DNA of 64,000 bases from Octopus vulgaris (taxonomy: Eukaryota), in the NCBI GenBank assembly GCA_951406725.2, contig OX597815.1, positions 100,130,001 through 100,194,000 on the forward strand, given 5' to 3'. Below, piece by piece: positions 1 through 14,130 of this stretch. The notes beneath the pieces are model-generated. The model saw only the letters and a list, made by a program, of their open reading frames with translations. It was not told the DNA's origin and ran no database searches. Made by a program: the position numbers and the translations under genes. How positions within the stretch are numbered: position 1 is the first letter of the stretch; each line of letters starts with the position of its first letter.

Positions 1-51
1 CAAATTGTTGAAGGAAATAGTTGATTAAATTGTTCCTCATAGTACTTATAA

Positions 52-220
52 TATTGGTTTCAAATTTTGGCAAGACTGCAGGGCGAGGGGTACTTATTTT
101 ATCGGCCCCGAAAGGATGAAAGACGAAGTCGATTTCGTCGGAATTTGAACACAGAACGTAAAGACACTATATACCGCTAGGCATTTTGTCCAGCGTGCTA
201 ACGTTTTTCCAGCTCGCTGC
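52..220 (-). mobile_element. tRNA-derived SINE fragment (family A, Meta-domain-like)
   Basis: Reverse complement of the 41781 element: ccccgaaaggatgaaagacgaagtcga...ggaatttgaac...ccagctcgctgc. Confidence 0.7.
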
Positions 221-800
221 TATACTATTACTTATTATATTGGCCCCAAAAAGACCACAGTAGATATTTGACCTCAAAGGTTACACGAGTACGGTTGATC
301 ATAGAGGCCTAATACTTTACTAGAACATTATTTTATCGACTGTAGAATGGCGAATGGCAGGATTTGGACTCAAAACATACAGAAACGTAACAAAATATTG
401 ATTAAGAAAGGGTAGGCTCGTTACAAGGCGTCCGAGATTGATGGAAGTGGGGGAGAAAGTACTCCCCCGGCCAGAAACTTAGCCCGAATTCTTGCAACAG
501 AGTGGATTCCGCTAAAGGCACTTTAGGCAACAAGTGATGGTACTAAACCGAGTGACAGTTTAAGTCTACGACTCGTGCAGGCCATGGCGGCATTTGAACT
601 CAGAAAACAAAGAGCTGGTATAAATGCCGCACGGTATTTGTAGTGGTTCTTTTGAGTTTTCTGTTATGTACGTTTATATTGACCCCGGAATGATCACAGG
701 CAAAGTTTACTTCCATGGGGCTTGAACCCAGAGCGCAGAAGTTCGGAACAAATACTGCGACACATTCTGTCCATCGCTCTAATGATTCAGCAAATTCGCA

Positions 801-874
<74 letters not shown>

Positions 875-916
875 TGTATGTATGTATATGTATACATATA
901 TATATATATATATATG

Positions 917-972
<56 letters not shown>

Positions 973-1015
973 TATGTGCGTGTGTGTGTATATAGAGAGA
1001 GTCAGAGAGAGTGAG

Positions 1016-1046
<31 letters not shown>

Positions 1047-3033
1047 AACAGAGATACGCACGCACAAAATATCGATGAACTTTCGCATAGTTTCTTTCTA
1101 CTAAAATTTAACTCATAAATCTTTGGTTAAGCTGAAGCTATTCCTTTCATAATGAATCCACGAAGTGATTGAGAGGATCGGTAGGATCGTAAAGTGAATC
1201 CTCCTTTCATGGCTCCCATCATCATAGTTGATTCAGAGAGAGAGGGGAGAGAGAGGAGGTAAAATAGAAAATAGAAGAAAGAAAGAACGAAAGAAAGAAA
1301 GAAAGAAAGAAAGAATGAATGAATGAATGAATGAATGAAAGGAAGAAAGAAAGACATTTTCTCAATATGCGATTAGTACTTTATTAACTCATTGACTTTG
1401 AAGAAACGAAGAGCAAAAAAAAGGAATTTGAACTCAGAGCGGCAAGAAGTGAAACAAATACTGCAAGGCATTTTATCCAGTATTTTAACACCTCTTCTAT
1501 TATGAAAGAAGACAATAGTCCAAGATGGCGCGCAGTGAGATCGAACCTGGTTCGACGTGGTTTTCAAGCAAGCAGGTTAACCTATACAGCTTCCCCTGTA
1601 CTGATATCGTCAATGTTTCTACAATTTCTTCATACTCTTACTTAGTTTCAATAAACAAAATATAGAATTGTAATATTTTTTTATCTCAATCGTAAAAGGA
1701 TTGCAGCATAACTTTTTTCTTATTCTTTAGCAATTGAAAAACGCAACAAAATAGTTAATATCTTATAATTGATTTTTTTCTCTTTCTGTATGAAGTTGAA
1801 AATTATAGTTTTTAACTGATTTCACATTGCAACTTAAAGACTGATTCCTATTTGGTTTTTTCATAATGCAAATGAAAAGTTCCTTTCAATTTTAAATATG
1901 AAAATAGTATTGTACAATACATACCTACACACCCATATTTTTTTTTTAAATACAAAACAATCCCCTTTTGTTTATTTTAGTTTTGCAATTGTTTTTGTTG
2001 CTGTTGGTTTTAGTGTAGTTTGTGTGTGTGTGTGTGTGTGTGTTCTTACATTTACTCTTTTAATAGGAGGAAATAAAGGAAAAAACGCAGAGGAAGAAAA
2101 AGAAACAAAATCAGATATAGAGCTTTCTCTGCATATTTTGTCTTGCCTTCCACTGCCCGCCCTCTCTCTCTCTCACTCTCTACTACTTCTCTCTATTCTC
2201 TTGGAGGGAGAAGAAGAAGTAGAGATAAACGAAGATAGAATAAAAACGGTGACACAGGAGAAAAAGTAGAGGGAGAAAAAAATGAAGAGAAAATGAAAAA
2301 ACACGGAGAGAGGAAGAGATAAAATAACAGACTGAGAAAGACAGAGAGTAAGTCAGACAGAGTGAGAGAGAAAAGGAAGAAAACAGAGAGATGATCAAAG
2401 AAATTCTTTTTCCATTGGTTCGTTTACATATTTGTTTCTGGTACTTTCATTGCATTCGTTATTATTTCTTGTTCTCAGTCATTTTTCAAAAAAAATTTTT
2501 TTGGTCATTTGAAAAACCAGTTAATAGTGAGTATATTTATAATTATCTAGCCTAGCACACTCTTAAGTGAAATTATATATAAAATATCATTCTATTAAAA
2601 CAGTGTATGGGGAATGTTGATGCAACACAGAGAAACAATAAATTGATAAACAGAACTCAAGTCGTCACTTGGACGAACTTTTCAAAAATGATTGCATTAT
2701 AAGATAATATTACACATTTTTTAATAATTTCTTATGGTTTTTGTTTTCTCTTTTCTTTTTCTTTTTTACTCTATTACCTCATAGCCTACCAACAGAAGAT
2801 GAGTTTTCAGCTGTTTTTCCTTAGTTGTTTTCGTTTTTTGTTTGGGTTTTTTTCTACATATTTTTGCGTGTGCGTTTGTGAGCATGTTGGTGTGTATGTG
2901 TGTGAGTATGATCTACGTATTCGTTGCGGAAAGAGAAAGCGATGGCTGTGTTTTCGATATTACTTCTATGTTATATTCTTGTTGTGGTTTATTATTTATT
3001 ATTTTGCTTTATGTTATTTTCCTATCTCTTTAA

Positions 3034-3079
<46 letters not shown>

Positions 3080-3281
3080 GTCTATGTATATGCACATGTA
3101 TATGCATATATATATATATATACATGTATATGAATATATATATGTATATGTATATGAATATATATATATATATATATTATGTATATGCATACAGAGACAT
3201 ACATATATATACTTATATATCTATATATGTCTGTATATGTATATACACACGCACTCTCACACCCATACACTCACACACACA

Positions 3282-3338
<57 letters not shown>

Positions 3339-5579
3339 GCATGTGTGTGTATGCGGGTGAGTATTTTTTCAATCTTCTATCATTTTCCACTCTGCTCCAA
3401 CCCACATCCCCACCGCCACCACCCGCCAACAACACTACCATTCCACTGGGAAGCAGCAGGTTCGTGCAATATTCCTACAATGTCGTAAATTGTTTCAAAT
3501 TAAACTAATGAAATATTCATTTATAGCAATGATGAATTGAATTATGGTAAAGTGTGATAGAACTGAGAATTCTATAACATCTGAGATTATTTTATACTGC
3601 CGACTTACTTTTTTCACCTATACAAAGATAACAGCAGTAAATAGTAGTAAATTGATTCCTAGTGCAGCTGCTCTGATTATTATTATTACTATTGTTAATG
3701 GGTGGGGGTTCATATCACTCTTCATAATTCTAGGTTTTACCAGGTGAAACAGCATGGAAGAATGATATTTTATCATTTATTTTCATGTATAGGGATGTCT
3801 TGAACAATAATTTAGATGTCTACCTATGCAGGGATCAGATAAAAAAAAATAATAGGTTAAAACGCCTTATGGAAAGCCCGCCTAAAACAATAACGAAGGC
3901 GACCGTAAATCCAAAGAGTTTAAACACGCTAAAAACAAAAGAAAATTGAGGAATATTTACAGCAAAAATACACTTTAAAAATAAAAAACAAAATGTCTAT
4001 ACACAATATCACTAACGTGAATTGTTCACAATCAATAACGCTCAACAACAGCAATAACATTTACACACACTCATATTTTGCCTAATGAAATTAATTCTGA
4101 AATTTTTAATGTCAGAAAGAAAAGTGAGATCTAGCCTTAGTAAACCTAGATATGGGCTTTCTAGTTCAACACCTTCCAGTTTAAATAAAAATTGTTCGGC
4201 AAATCTATGTAGCTAAAACCTGCCTTTTTTATACCTGAAGCCACCACACAAAAGCAAGAACGAATAGTGTCTTATTTGTGCATATCCGAATTTATAAAGG
4301 GATTTCTGTGTAACTTAAAATATATGTGTCTCTGGCCGGCATGTGGAGCAAGATCTTTATTTGACGGAACTGGTCACGTGTTTAAACCAAAGGTCAAAAT
4401 GAGAAAGCTGGCATAAAAGAAGAAATACGAGGGTTGTTGTAAAAGACATCGGATGTTGACACCGACTCCTTGTCATTTTTCTGCTACAACAGGAGCGTAT
4501 TGTGAGCTCTAATGTGAGTACATCCTTTAACAACATGTGGTTGGGTTGAATCTCTATGGTTTTACCAATCCTGATGATACGTAAAGACCGCGAAGCAACA
4601 TCTGAAGTATGTCTTATGGTGGTACAGAAAAGAAAGCTCAGCTATTACGTATGAAGATGTAAAAAGCATTTAAGGACTTTCCGTTGAGGAGAGTTAGAGA
4701 CACTGAATAGAGAAAACTGTGCAGACAGCAAGAACACAATTTCGGAAACTGCATGGGTGCGCAACACAACCTCGGCGCCAAGAGCTGTCCGAAGTTGGAC
4801 AGGAAGCCAATGACGAGAAACTCGAAGCTCAAGATCCTCCATACCGTAGTACAAATTCGTTGAACTTATGACGATGGTAATGAAATGGAATGTAGAAGAG
4901 GGTGACAAGCTGCCGAAGGTGATTAGTAAAAAAGAGAAAACCCACATCTTTTAAACAAGTGGTGCGAGTGAACTTTTTGAGGGGGTGTATGTGTAGCTGT
5001 GTGCAAGTACCGAAGTATAATGATGTGGAGAAGTGGATTGCTAGGGTGTGGGGCGTTGCTGTATGTGTAATCCTATTGTGGGTGAGAGGAAAGCGTGGAA
5101 ATGAGGTGGTGGAAGCGAATTCGAGTGTGTGGTAGAATGGAAAGTCAAAGGAATGCGGGGGATGTAATAAAAGTAGTGCAAGGGTATGAGAGTGAGATGC
5201 TGCTACATGGAAGAGAACGAAAAAAGAGAGAAAGGGTAGGAGTTCGGGAAGAAAAGAGGAGTGAGAAAACAATGAGAAAATTTGGAGAAAGCATAATTGC
5301 AATACAACACTTGTGCAAAAAACTTAAGAGAAAAGAAAATTTGTGTGGCATGCCGAGGATTGTGAAATGTGTAAACGGAAGACAAAAAACGTGAAAAATG
5401 AACAAGAGAAACGAAAAAGAGAGGAAAAATGCGAGGTTAGAGAGAGGATAAAAGTTAGAGCAAAATAATAGAAAATTCTTTAAAACATGAAAAAATTAGT
5501 TAAATACAACACTAATGTAACAAAAAGTTTTTTCTAAGAAGACGATTAATAGGTGACGTTTATAAAAATAATTACAATT

Positions 5580-5780
5580 GTTAACTCTAATTCATGATTC
5601 GTTATGCATTGATGACTCAACCGGAATAACTTATGGAAAAAAATGGACCTCTTGTGCTGTATTTGGACTCGCGATAATCCTAAAGAAAACCAAGGTGATC
5701 TTTACACCTGCCTCAAGTAAGCTGTATATGAAAGACAATTATGCTTGTTCGCATAAACGGACTTTCTCGATGTGGAATTT
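5580..5780 (+). pseudogene. Decayed RTE-clade LINE RT fragment
   Basis: Translation SCAVFGLAIILKKTKVIFTPASSKLY resembles RTE/BovB 'ACAAFGLTISLKKTKVMFTPAPGKPY'. Confidence 0.45.
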
Positions 5781-6290
5781 TGCTTTATAAAGATATCCTT
5801 TGGTCGGGTTGAATTGTTCATGTTATCAATCCTGATGATTTTAAGCTTCTGAAATAATTATTTTACAGTGAATCAGTTCCCCATAAGAATTTCTAGCACG
5901 AAACAAAAGTATTTCGTGGTGTCACAAAAAAGCCCTTAAATATTTCAATACAGGTAGTGATAACTCGACCATTTTACAGTGGAAAATAACGAACGGGGGT
6001 CTGCAATCAGTAAATAATGGTGGAAATTTGAAAACAAAAGTAAACTGCAAATCAAACAATGAAAGAAAGTTTAAAAATTGTAGAGTTTAAAAATAAAATA
6101 GGAATAAATAAAAGAAAAATAGACTAAAAAGAATTAAGACAAAAATAGAGATAGAAAGAGATAATGAATTGATGATCAAAAGAAAGAAAGATAGATAGGG
6201 ATGGAGACTGAGACAGGGAGAGTCAGACAGACGGACAGACAGACAGAGGAGAGCAAGAGAGAAATATAGAAATAGAAAGAAAGGAAGGAA

Positions 6291-6335
<45 letters not shown>

Positions 6336-7089
6336 CAGGAAGGAGAAAGAAAAGGAGGAAGGAAATTCATAAATTATCGGAAGAATAAACAATAGGAAAT
6401 AGAAGAAAATAGACAAAAAAAGGTATACGAAGAAAATAATGAATGGCAAAAAACAAAAACGGAAGAAAAAAAATATTAAATGAATAAAAAAAATACGAAG
6501 AAAAGAAGAAAAAGGAAAGGAACGAAAGAGAGAAAACATGAAGGAATGAAAGAAAGAAAAAACTGATAGAAAGAATAAACGACATAAAGAAGGAAAGTTC
6601 TGCAAAAGAAAAAAGATAAAAGAAAAACAACGAAAGAACATATGGAGGGAAAAGAACAGAACAACGTTTGAAGAATCAGGTAAAGAATTTTTTACACAGT
6701 GGGTAAAGCCAAGTATCTCTCCTGCCCCTCCAAACATAGAAAAAAATTTCCAGGTGGGCTACACAGACAAGCTGGCTGCTCTCCTTCATTTCTGAGATTG
6801 CGATAAAAGCTGAGATGGAAGTAACAACAATTGTTCCACACAAACTAATAGCTAAAACATTGACGACAAAAAACGCTTCTGTACGATACTACTGATAAGT
6901 ATGTATATATACATATATACATATATATATATATGTGTGTGTGTGTGTAAGTATGAATACCTACATATATATATATGTAAATATGTATACATACATGTAA
7001 TACATGCATGCATACATACGTACATACATTATATACATACCCTACAGTCATACATATATGCATAAACGTATACTGGAATATACATGTAT

Positions 7090-7158
<69 letters not shown>

Positions 7159-7685
7159 ATTTGTTTAGTATACATGTTATTTATTATACATATAAAATGT
7201 AAATATATGTACTATATGTATTATATGTAGTTTATATATATATGACTTTATATACATACATGCATAAACAAGTATATACACATATATGCACATATGTATA
7301 TGTATGCATATCTATGCATGTGTGCATAATTGCAAATAAATATAGATATGTGCGTGTGTGTGTATACATACATATAAATATTTATACACATGCATGCATA
7401 CATAAACACATACGCATACTTCAAACACTGAAATAACGAAACAATACCTTCAGTAATGATAAACACATTTGTAAGGCAGAAAATAACCAAAATATGAAGC
7501 AGAATATAAGTTTTATCAGTGAATAAGCAAAGCTTTTTCCCTATCGCTCCATATGCTTATATATATGTGTAGGAACCATTCCCAAGTGGTCTGTAGTGCA
7601 ATTGAGTCATTTTTACTTTTTTTTTATTCATTTAAACAAAGCCTAAACCCATTACCTCACTCATTACACCAAATATGATGATGAC

Positions 7686-7731
<46 letters not shown>

Positions 7732-7767
7732 ACCATTATTATTATTGTTGTTAACATCATCATCATC

Positions 7768-8082
7768 GAGTCTTGCATGCATAGCGGGCTTGCTACCTGC
7801 AGCCTACGGTACCACGCTATCTGTTATTTTCAGCTATCTAATACTCTCTTGATTATTCTGGTCGTGCCAAGAAGGCAAACATTTTGTAGCAGTTTAACTG
7901 GACACTCTATTCCAATTTTTTTATATTAGTGTTGATGCTTTCTGATACTGTTCCCAAAAACCCAACAATAACTGACACTATCTTCACCTTCATTTTCCAT
8001 AGCCAAACTATTTCGTATTTCATATTTAAGAGGGTTGAATTTACCTATTTTTCGCCTTACTTCTTGACTATTCGTGGGTCAA
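7768..8082 (-). mobile_element. 5'-truncated R4/Dong-like (RLE) non-LTR retrotransposon 3' end in ATT/ATC repeats
   Basis: Minus-strand translation KYEIVWLWKMKVKIVSVIVGFLGTV...IGIECPVKLLQNVCLLGTTRIIKRVLDS* matches the C-terminus of restriction-like endonuclease elements; second copy at 9794-10036. Confidence 0.7.
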
Positions 8083-8154
8083 TTACTATTATTATTATTA
8101 TCAATATTATTAATATTATTATTATTATTATTATCATTATTACTATTATTATTA

Positions 8155-8812
8155 TTGAGTGAGAGAGCAGTATATACCATCAAAGTGACACTGGAGTAAA
8201 ATATACGAAGCCCAGTATACCCATCATGACTACCCGTCTTATAAGGGTACACCAGGCACATGCATCACAACCATATGTGCGCGACATGGTGATCTCATAT
8301 CAAGATAAACAGCACATGACCTTGTATTCTGGTCGAGTAACCCATCCCGCTCAAAATTTTTGAAAAATTTTCGAAAAAGTTTTGAAAATTTTTCCCAAAA
8401 ATTTCTGAAAAATTTCTGAAAATTTTCCCCAAAAATTTTTGAAAGATTTTTGAAAATTTTCCCGAAAAATTTTTGAAAAATTTTCCCAAAAATCTTTGAA
8501 AATCTTTGAAAATTTTCCCCAAAAATTTTTGAAAAATTTTTGAAAATTGACCTCGAAGATTTTTGAAAATTTACCTCAAAAATTTTTGAAAATAAGGGTT
8601 GTTTAAGGATGTTGAACGAAACACCCATGTTTCCAGAGGTGAATTATTCCAACCCCAAAGAATCCCTCTCAACTCATGGCTATGATGCTCTCCCACTACT
8701 TCTGCTCGTGATCAGAGATGTACATATCGTCACCCACTAAGGGACATGCTCAACTGGTTACGGTCAAACAACTGTGGTATTGAGCAGAGTAATTGCTGTA
8801 GACCATCTTTTA
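8155..8812 (-). mobile_element. Non-coding ~500-bp retroposon in (TTA)n, copy 1, with internal A/T-tract insertion
   Basis: Near-identical to 9210-9701 except 8350-8590; begins ttgagtgagagagcag directly after (tta)n. Confidence 0.7.
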
Positions 8813-8884
8813 TATTATTATTATTGTTATTATTATTATTATTGTTATTATTATCATTATTATTATTATTATCATTATTATTAT

Positions 8885-9040
8885 TTATTGTCTTTGCACA
8901 GCTTCTAAGGTTGGAGATGTTCACTACAACTGAACTAAGGTAATACCCCTTAATTTTCGAGCGCCACCTGGAGTATATGAGCGGTTGCAAGCAGTGCTGT
9001 TTTCTGCAAGTTCCCCACCCTTATTGCAGGCCCTGTTATT
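8885..9040 (-). mobile_element. 3' end of another RLE (R4/Dong-like) family in (TTA)n
   Basis: Minus translation IRVGNLQKTALLATAHILQVALEN* resembles 'LQKTALLGTARILRKVL'. Confidence 0.55.
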
Positions 9041-9056
9041 AATATTTTTATTATTA

Positions 9057-9111
<55 letters not shown>

Positions 9112-9133
9112 CATCAACATTATCATTATTATA

Positions 9134-9209
<76 letters not shown>

Positions 9210-9211
<2 letters not shown>

Positions 9212-9701
9212 GAGTGAGAGAGCAGTTCATGCCATCAAAGTGACACTGGGGTAAAATATACGAAGCCCAATATACCGATCATGACTACCCGTCTGATAAA
9301 GGTACACCAGGCACATGCATCACAACCATATGTGCGCGACATGGTGATCTCATATCAAGATAAACAGCATATGACCTTGCAGGTGGGGCCCAGTTAGAAT
9401 TTTCTTCAGGTTGAGTAGCCCATCTTGCTCAAAAGGTCCCTGAATAAGGGTTGCTTTAGGATGTTGAACGAAACACCTATGTTTCCAGAGGTGAATTATT
9501 CAAACCCCAAAGAATCCCTCTCAACACATGGCCATGATGCTCCCCCACTACTTCTGCTCGTGATCAGAGATGCACATATCGTCAGCCACTAAGGGACATG
9601 CTCAACTGGTTAAGGCCAAACAACTGACAAGCAAATCTGTGGTATTGAGCAGAATATTTGCTGTAGCCCATCTTTTATACCAAGACAAAACAATGTACAT
9701 G
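9210..9701 (-). mobile_element. Non-coding ~500-bp retroposon in (TTA)n, copy 2
   Basis: Direct repeat of 8155-8812; a third copy at 10113-10175 keeps only this left end, consistent with 5' truncation of a minus-strand element with a TAA tail. Confidence 0.7.
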
Positions 9702-9792
<91 letters not shown>

Positions 9793-9793
9793 A

Positions 9794-10036
9794 TTTTCTC
9801 GTTATCGCAGGTTTTGTTGGAGCTCCTGGAGTCTTGCATTTATAACGGTCTTACTACCTGCAGCCCATGGTCCCATGCTATCCGTTCTTTTCAACTATCT
9901 AATACTTTCCTGATTATTCTGGCCGTGCCAAGGAGACAAACCTCTTGTAACAGTTCTGCTGGGCACTCTATTCCAATTTCTTTTATATTCCCCTTGATAC
10001 CTTCTGGTATTCTTCCTAAGGAGCCAACAATAATTT
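9794..10036 (-). mobile_element. R4/Dong-like RLE 3' end, copy 2
   Basis: Homologous to 7768-7960 (gagtcttgcat...tctaatactttcctgattattctggccgtgccaagg). Confidence 0.65.
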
Positions 10037-10691
10037 ATCATTATTGTTGTTGCTATTGCTGTTGTAGTTGTTGTTGTTCCTGTTCTTGTTGTTATTGTTA
10101 TTATTATAACCATTGAGTGAGAGAGAGAGAGGGAGGGAGAGAGAGAGTAACGCATGTCATCAAAGTGACACTGGGTTTTTTGTTATTATTTTTTTTCGCT
10201 CAGGTCTAGTTTTATTCCCGGTAGGATTTATGTGCGTAGCGGGTTACTTATTATTATTATTTCTATTATTATTATTGTTGTTATTGTTGATGTTATATGT
10301 TATTTGTCAGAGAGGCAACATATATGCATATATGAATCATACTTCTCGTTGCGGTGTAAAAGACAAAAGATTTAAGGGTCCATAAAAAATAACCGAAACG
10401 CCAAAAAGATGTAATACTAAATACAGAACACAGTGCAATATAGTCATATAAACGTGTAATGTAATCACTGGATCAAACAGCAGCATACATACACAGATAC
10501 TCTATCACACAAGCACACATACGCATAGTCTCTTACACAACTGCACATGTATAAGGTGCATGTATATGCATATATATATATATATTTATATTACATATTA
10601 TATTACATTTTATATTATATATACATTATACTTTATATATGTATATTATATATATATATATGATATATTATATAAATACATATATATGTAC

Positions 10692-10728
<37 letters not shown>

Positions 10729-10896
10729 ATACATACAAATATATATGTACATACGCATATATGTATATGTATATACACATGCATATATATATATATGTAT
10801 ATACATATATATACGTGTGTATATATATATGTATATGTATATATGTATATGCATATATATATACATATACATATATATATATGTATATGTATATAT

Positions 10897-10930
<34 letters not shown>

Positions 10931-10935
10931 ATGTT

Positions 10936-11011
<76 letters not shown>

Positions 11012-12290
11012 CATAATGTTAGTTCTATATTAAGCTTGTTGAAGGAGACGCATGGAGGAAGGGGCAAAATATAATCAAATACCTGAATCCCACCCACACA
11101 ACAGTAATAAGTAGGTGTAAATGGCATCAGGTTTCGCTGTCTGATAGAGTCAGTTCTCTCATGTGTTTCGTTATCTTTAGAGAAACTTTTTCATTTTCTA
11201 ACGATTGTTTTTTTTATTCAGTATGAAAGTTGTTTCTTCACAGTTGTCTTGTTGTTCTTTTGTTTATTGTAAGATGGTCGGTTGGTTGATATGTGTGTGT
11301 GTGTGTGTGTCAAGAGATAGGAATAGTGTGAATAGCGATGGAGGCCTGGTGGCATTCAAGAAGTTTTTGTATGTTATGTTGTTTCACGTATCTATGTTTA
11401 ATAGTTGTGTCTGCATTGTATCTACGTGAACATGCGAATGTTTGAGTGTTTCCTTTAAAATTTTTCTTCCTTTTAGAAATGCAATAAAAAGCTCACTTCA
11501 TATTTTCCATGTATACACCCAAAGTATTATGAATGTGTCTATATATATATGTATGTATATATATACATAAGTATGTATACATACATACATACACAAACAC
11601 ATACATGCATACGTGCATATATGTGCGTGTGCATGTGAGTCTGCCTGTCTGTATATGTGTATATATAAACTTATGTATACATATATACACACATACATAT
11701 AAGAGTATGTGTGTGTATGTATATATGTATACACACACACACACATACACAGAAAGTGAACTGTGTTACTTTAAATGAAGTGGTTTTTGTTCAAAAACAC
11801 AACCCATTGAGACCACAATCTTATAATCATGAGTGCAACATCCTAACCACTGAACCACGCTACTCTATATGTGTATTTGGGTGTGCGTGCGTACGTGTGT
11901 GCGTGCGTACGTGTGTGCGTGCGTACGTGTGTGCGTGCGTACGTGTGTGCGTGCATGTGTGTGTGTGAAGATATAGTCAGATCGATAGACATTGTTGTCA
12001 TTACTATTATTACACAATAATATAGAAAAGGTAACACCAATATCTACAATGATATTGTTGGATGGGTAGAAAAAAGAACTAAAATTATGTTTAGATAATA
12101 TTTACCGACTCGTGAAACATCCATCACCCTAAAAAACATAGAGAGAATTTTACACCAGACAAAAAATGCTGACCAAAAAGTGTGATATGCAGGTTTATGT
12201 CTTGTATAAAGAAGACTACTAACTTCGAATAATCAAACAAAAGCGATATATTGGTTGATTATAACAGATTTTATATGATAACATCCGATA

Positions 12291-12556
12291 TTAACCCCTT
12301 TACCCGGCAGAAACGAATATATGCGTTTTGACCGAAATCGTTTTTTTCTATCTCTGGCGAGTTAACTCGTCAAAAGATAGACTCGCCAAAATCGACAGCA
12401 AACGAGTTCCTTTGTCTATTATAAACTCTTTTTTGACATATACGAGTATATTCGCTCACTTTATACGTCTGGCAGTGACGATTTCTGCCACCTTTCGCTT
12501 GAGTAAGGCATTGAAGACCGAGTATGATTTAGTCACCTGGAGACAGTCGAAGGGTT
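12291..12556. mobile_element. Possible TTAA-type (piggyBac/Kolobok-like) MITE, degenerate
   Basis: Starts ttaacccctttaccc, ends gaagggtt; internal cgagt/actcg motifs; right TTAA not intact. Confidence 0.3.
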
Positions 12557-12769
12557 GGAAGGCACATTTTATGAATAATAAATAAGGTTTGAAATATACC
12601 TCGAAATCACCATTCAAAACATAGTAAAATAAAACAATAAAAAATATGTCTGAAAAAATACATTTATTTTCAAAATAATTGTTGGGTTAAGTACCGCTAA
12701 AATTCAAACCCCATCTTAGTCAAGCTACTGAAATTTGGTAAGAAACTCAGTGTCACTTGTAGGAACGAT

Positions 12770-14130
12770 GTCCAAGTAATTATGCATGCCAGCCAGGAAA
12801 TCTCTATTTTTCGTTAACGAATCTGGACAATGAAGAACATGAATGACCAATTTGTCTTACTACAGGATATCCCAAAAGTCAGTGATAAGTTTCAATTTTT
12901 AATAACTTCCTTAACTTTACAAATAAATGCATGAAATTTTGATACAAAATAAAGGACATAATGAAAATAAATATGCACAAGTCAAATTTTGCAACACCCC
13001 TGCATTACATATGAAAAATGATATCGCTTAAATAGCAGCCATTTTTGGCTTCGCACACCCATGCTTTTTCCAAAACTTGCACCGTAACACCCTCAAGAGT
13101 TACAGACCCCACTTCGCCGATTTCTTTATTGATGTTCTCCTTCAGTTGCACCAGGGTCTCCGGTTTGTTATATCCTCACAAGAAAATTTCGGGCTAGTCA
13201 AGTCTGGGGAACATGAAGGCCAGTTGACATTGCCATAGTTTATTCTCTCTCCAAAGCACTACTATAGCAACTGCATTGTTTCTCTTGAGCTTTGAGCTGT
13301 TGCAACATCTTGTTGGAACCATATGTGAGGTCAACTTTGAATGGCTTTCACGTTCCCCAGACTTAACTAACCCGAATGTTTTCTTGTGGAGATACCTGAA
13401 AGAGAGGGTTTATATCAACAAACCGGAGACCCAGGTGCAACTGAAAGACAACATCAATAGAGAAATCAGACAATTGAGATCCGAACTCTTGAGGATGTTG
13501 TGCAAATTTTGGAAAGAGCACGGGCGTGCGAAGTCAAAAATGGCTGCCATTTAAGCGATGTCATTTTTCGTATGTGATGTAGTGATGTTGCAAAATTTGA
13601 CCTGTTCATGTTAATTTCTTTTATGTCCTTTATATTGTATCAAAATTTCATACATTTATTTATAAAGTTAAGGAAGTTAGTAAAAATTGAAACCCATCAC
13701 TAACTTTTGGGACATCCTGTACATCTAGTTACGGGAACACTGAGAAATGTGAGTGCGTTGCATTATACATTTTAGAGATGCGGAAATAAAGTTCAGAAGC
13801 TAAGATATATCATTAAAAAGTCATGATAATCTTGCATTTCAAATCGCACATATAATCATGTGTGATTATTTAATTTGATTACTGGACACTATAAGTATGG
13901 TTCTAGCTATTTGCCCGCTAATATAAGCATAGTCAATTTTTTAGACACTACATTATATTTAGTGAAATGCAGAGTTGAACTGCACGGAAAGCTGAAAGGA
14001 AAGCTCCTTTATATAAATAAGGATTCTAATTATCCCAACCTTATATACTTTAAAATATAATCAGAAATGTAATTAAAAGAATTTCAGAATTTTATATTTT
14101 AGAGCAGGGAAAGCTTTGATAGAAGTGGCA
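12770..14130 (+). pseudogene. Penelope-like (Naiad-type) reverse transcriptase relic split by a MITE
   Basis: Left of the MITE: IMHA...MKNMNDQFVL. Right of it: TSSYGNTEKCECVALYIL (cf. TMGSYDGAEVCELVGLYIL) and ANISIVNFLDTTLYL...LLYINKDSNYP (cf. NLKIVNFLDVTLDL...YINKDSNHP). Confidence 0.6.
12863..13719. mobile_element. Palindromic Tc1/mariner-derived MITE made of two inverted transposon 3' ends
   Basis: TA|caggatatcccaaaagt ... acttttgggacatcctg|TA; ~370-bp inverted arms; right arm encodes WLSRSPDLTNPNVFLWRYLKERVY (transposase C-terminus). Confidence 0.85.

Noticed and set aside
4640-5450. Purine-rich block with minus-strand ORFs, possibly a Penelope N-terminal remnant
   Set aside because: No diagnostic motif recognisable with confidence
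4538-5850. CTGATGA motifs at ~4572 and ~5832 in a short shared sequence
   Set aside because: No convincing stems or GAAA/NUH arrangement
7675-10175. Repeat-spacer appearance resembling a CRISPR array
   Set aside because: Eukaryotic microsatellites separating retroelement fragments; no constant repeat and no cas genes
12160-12290. Possible GIY-YIG relic (KSVI...KRYIG)
   Set aside because: Too short and frameshifted to support
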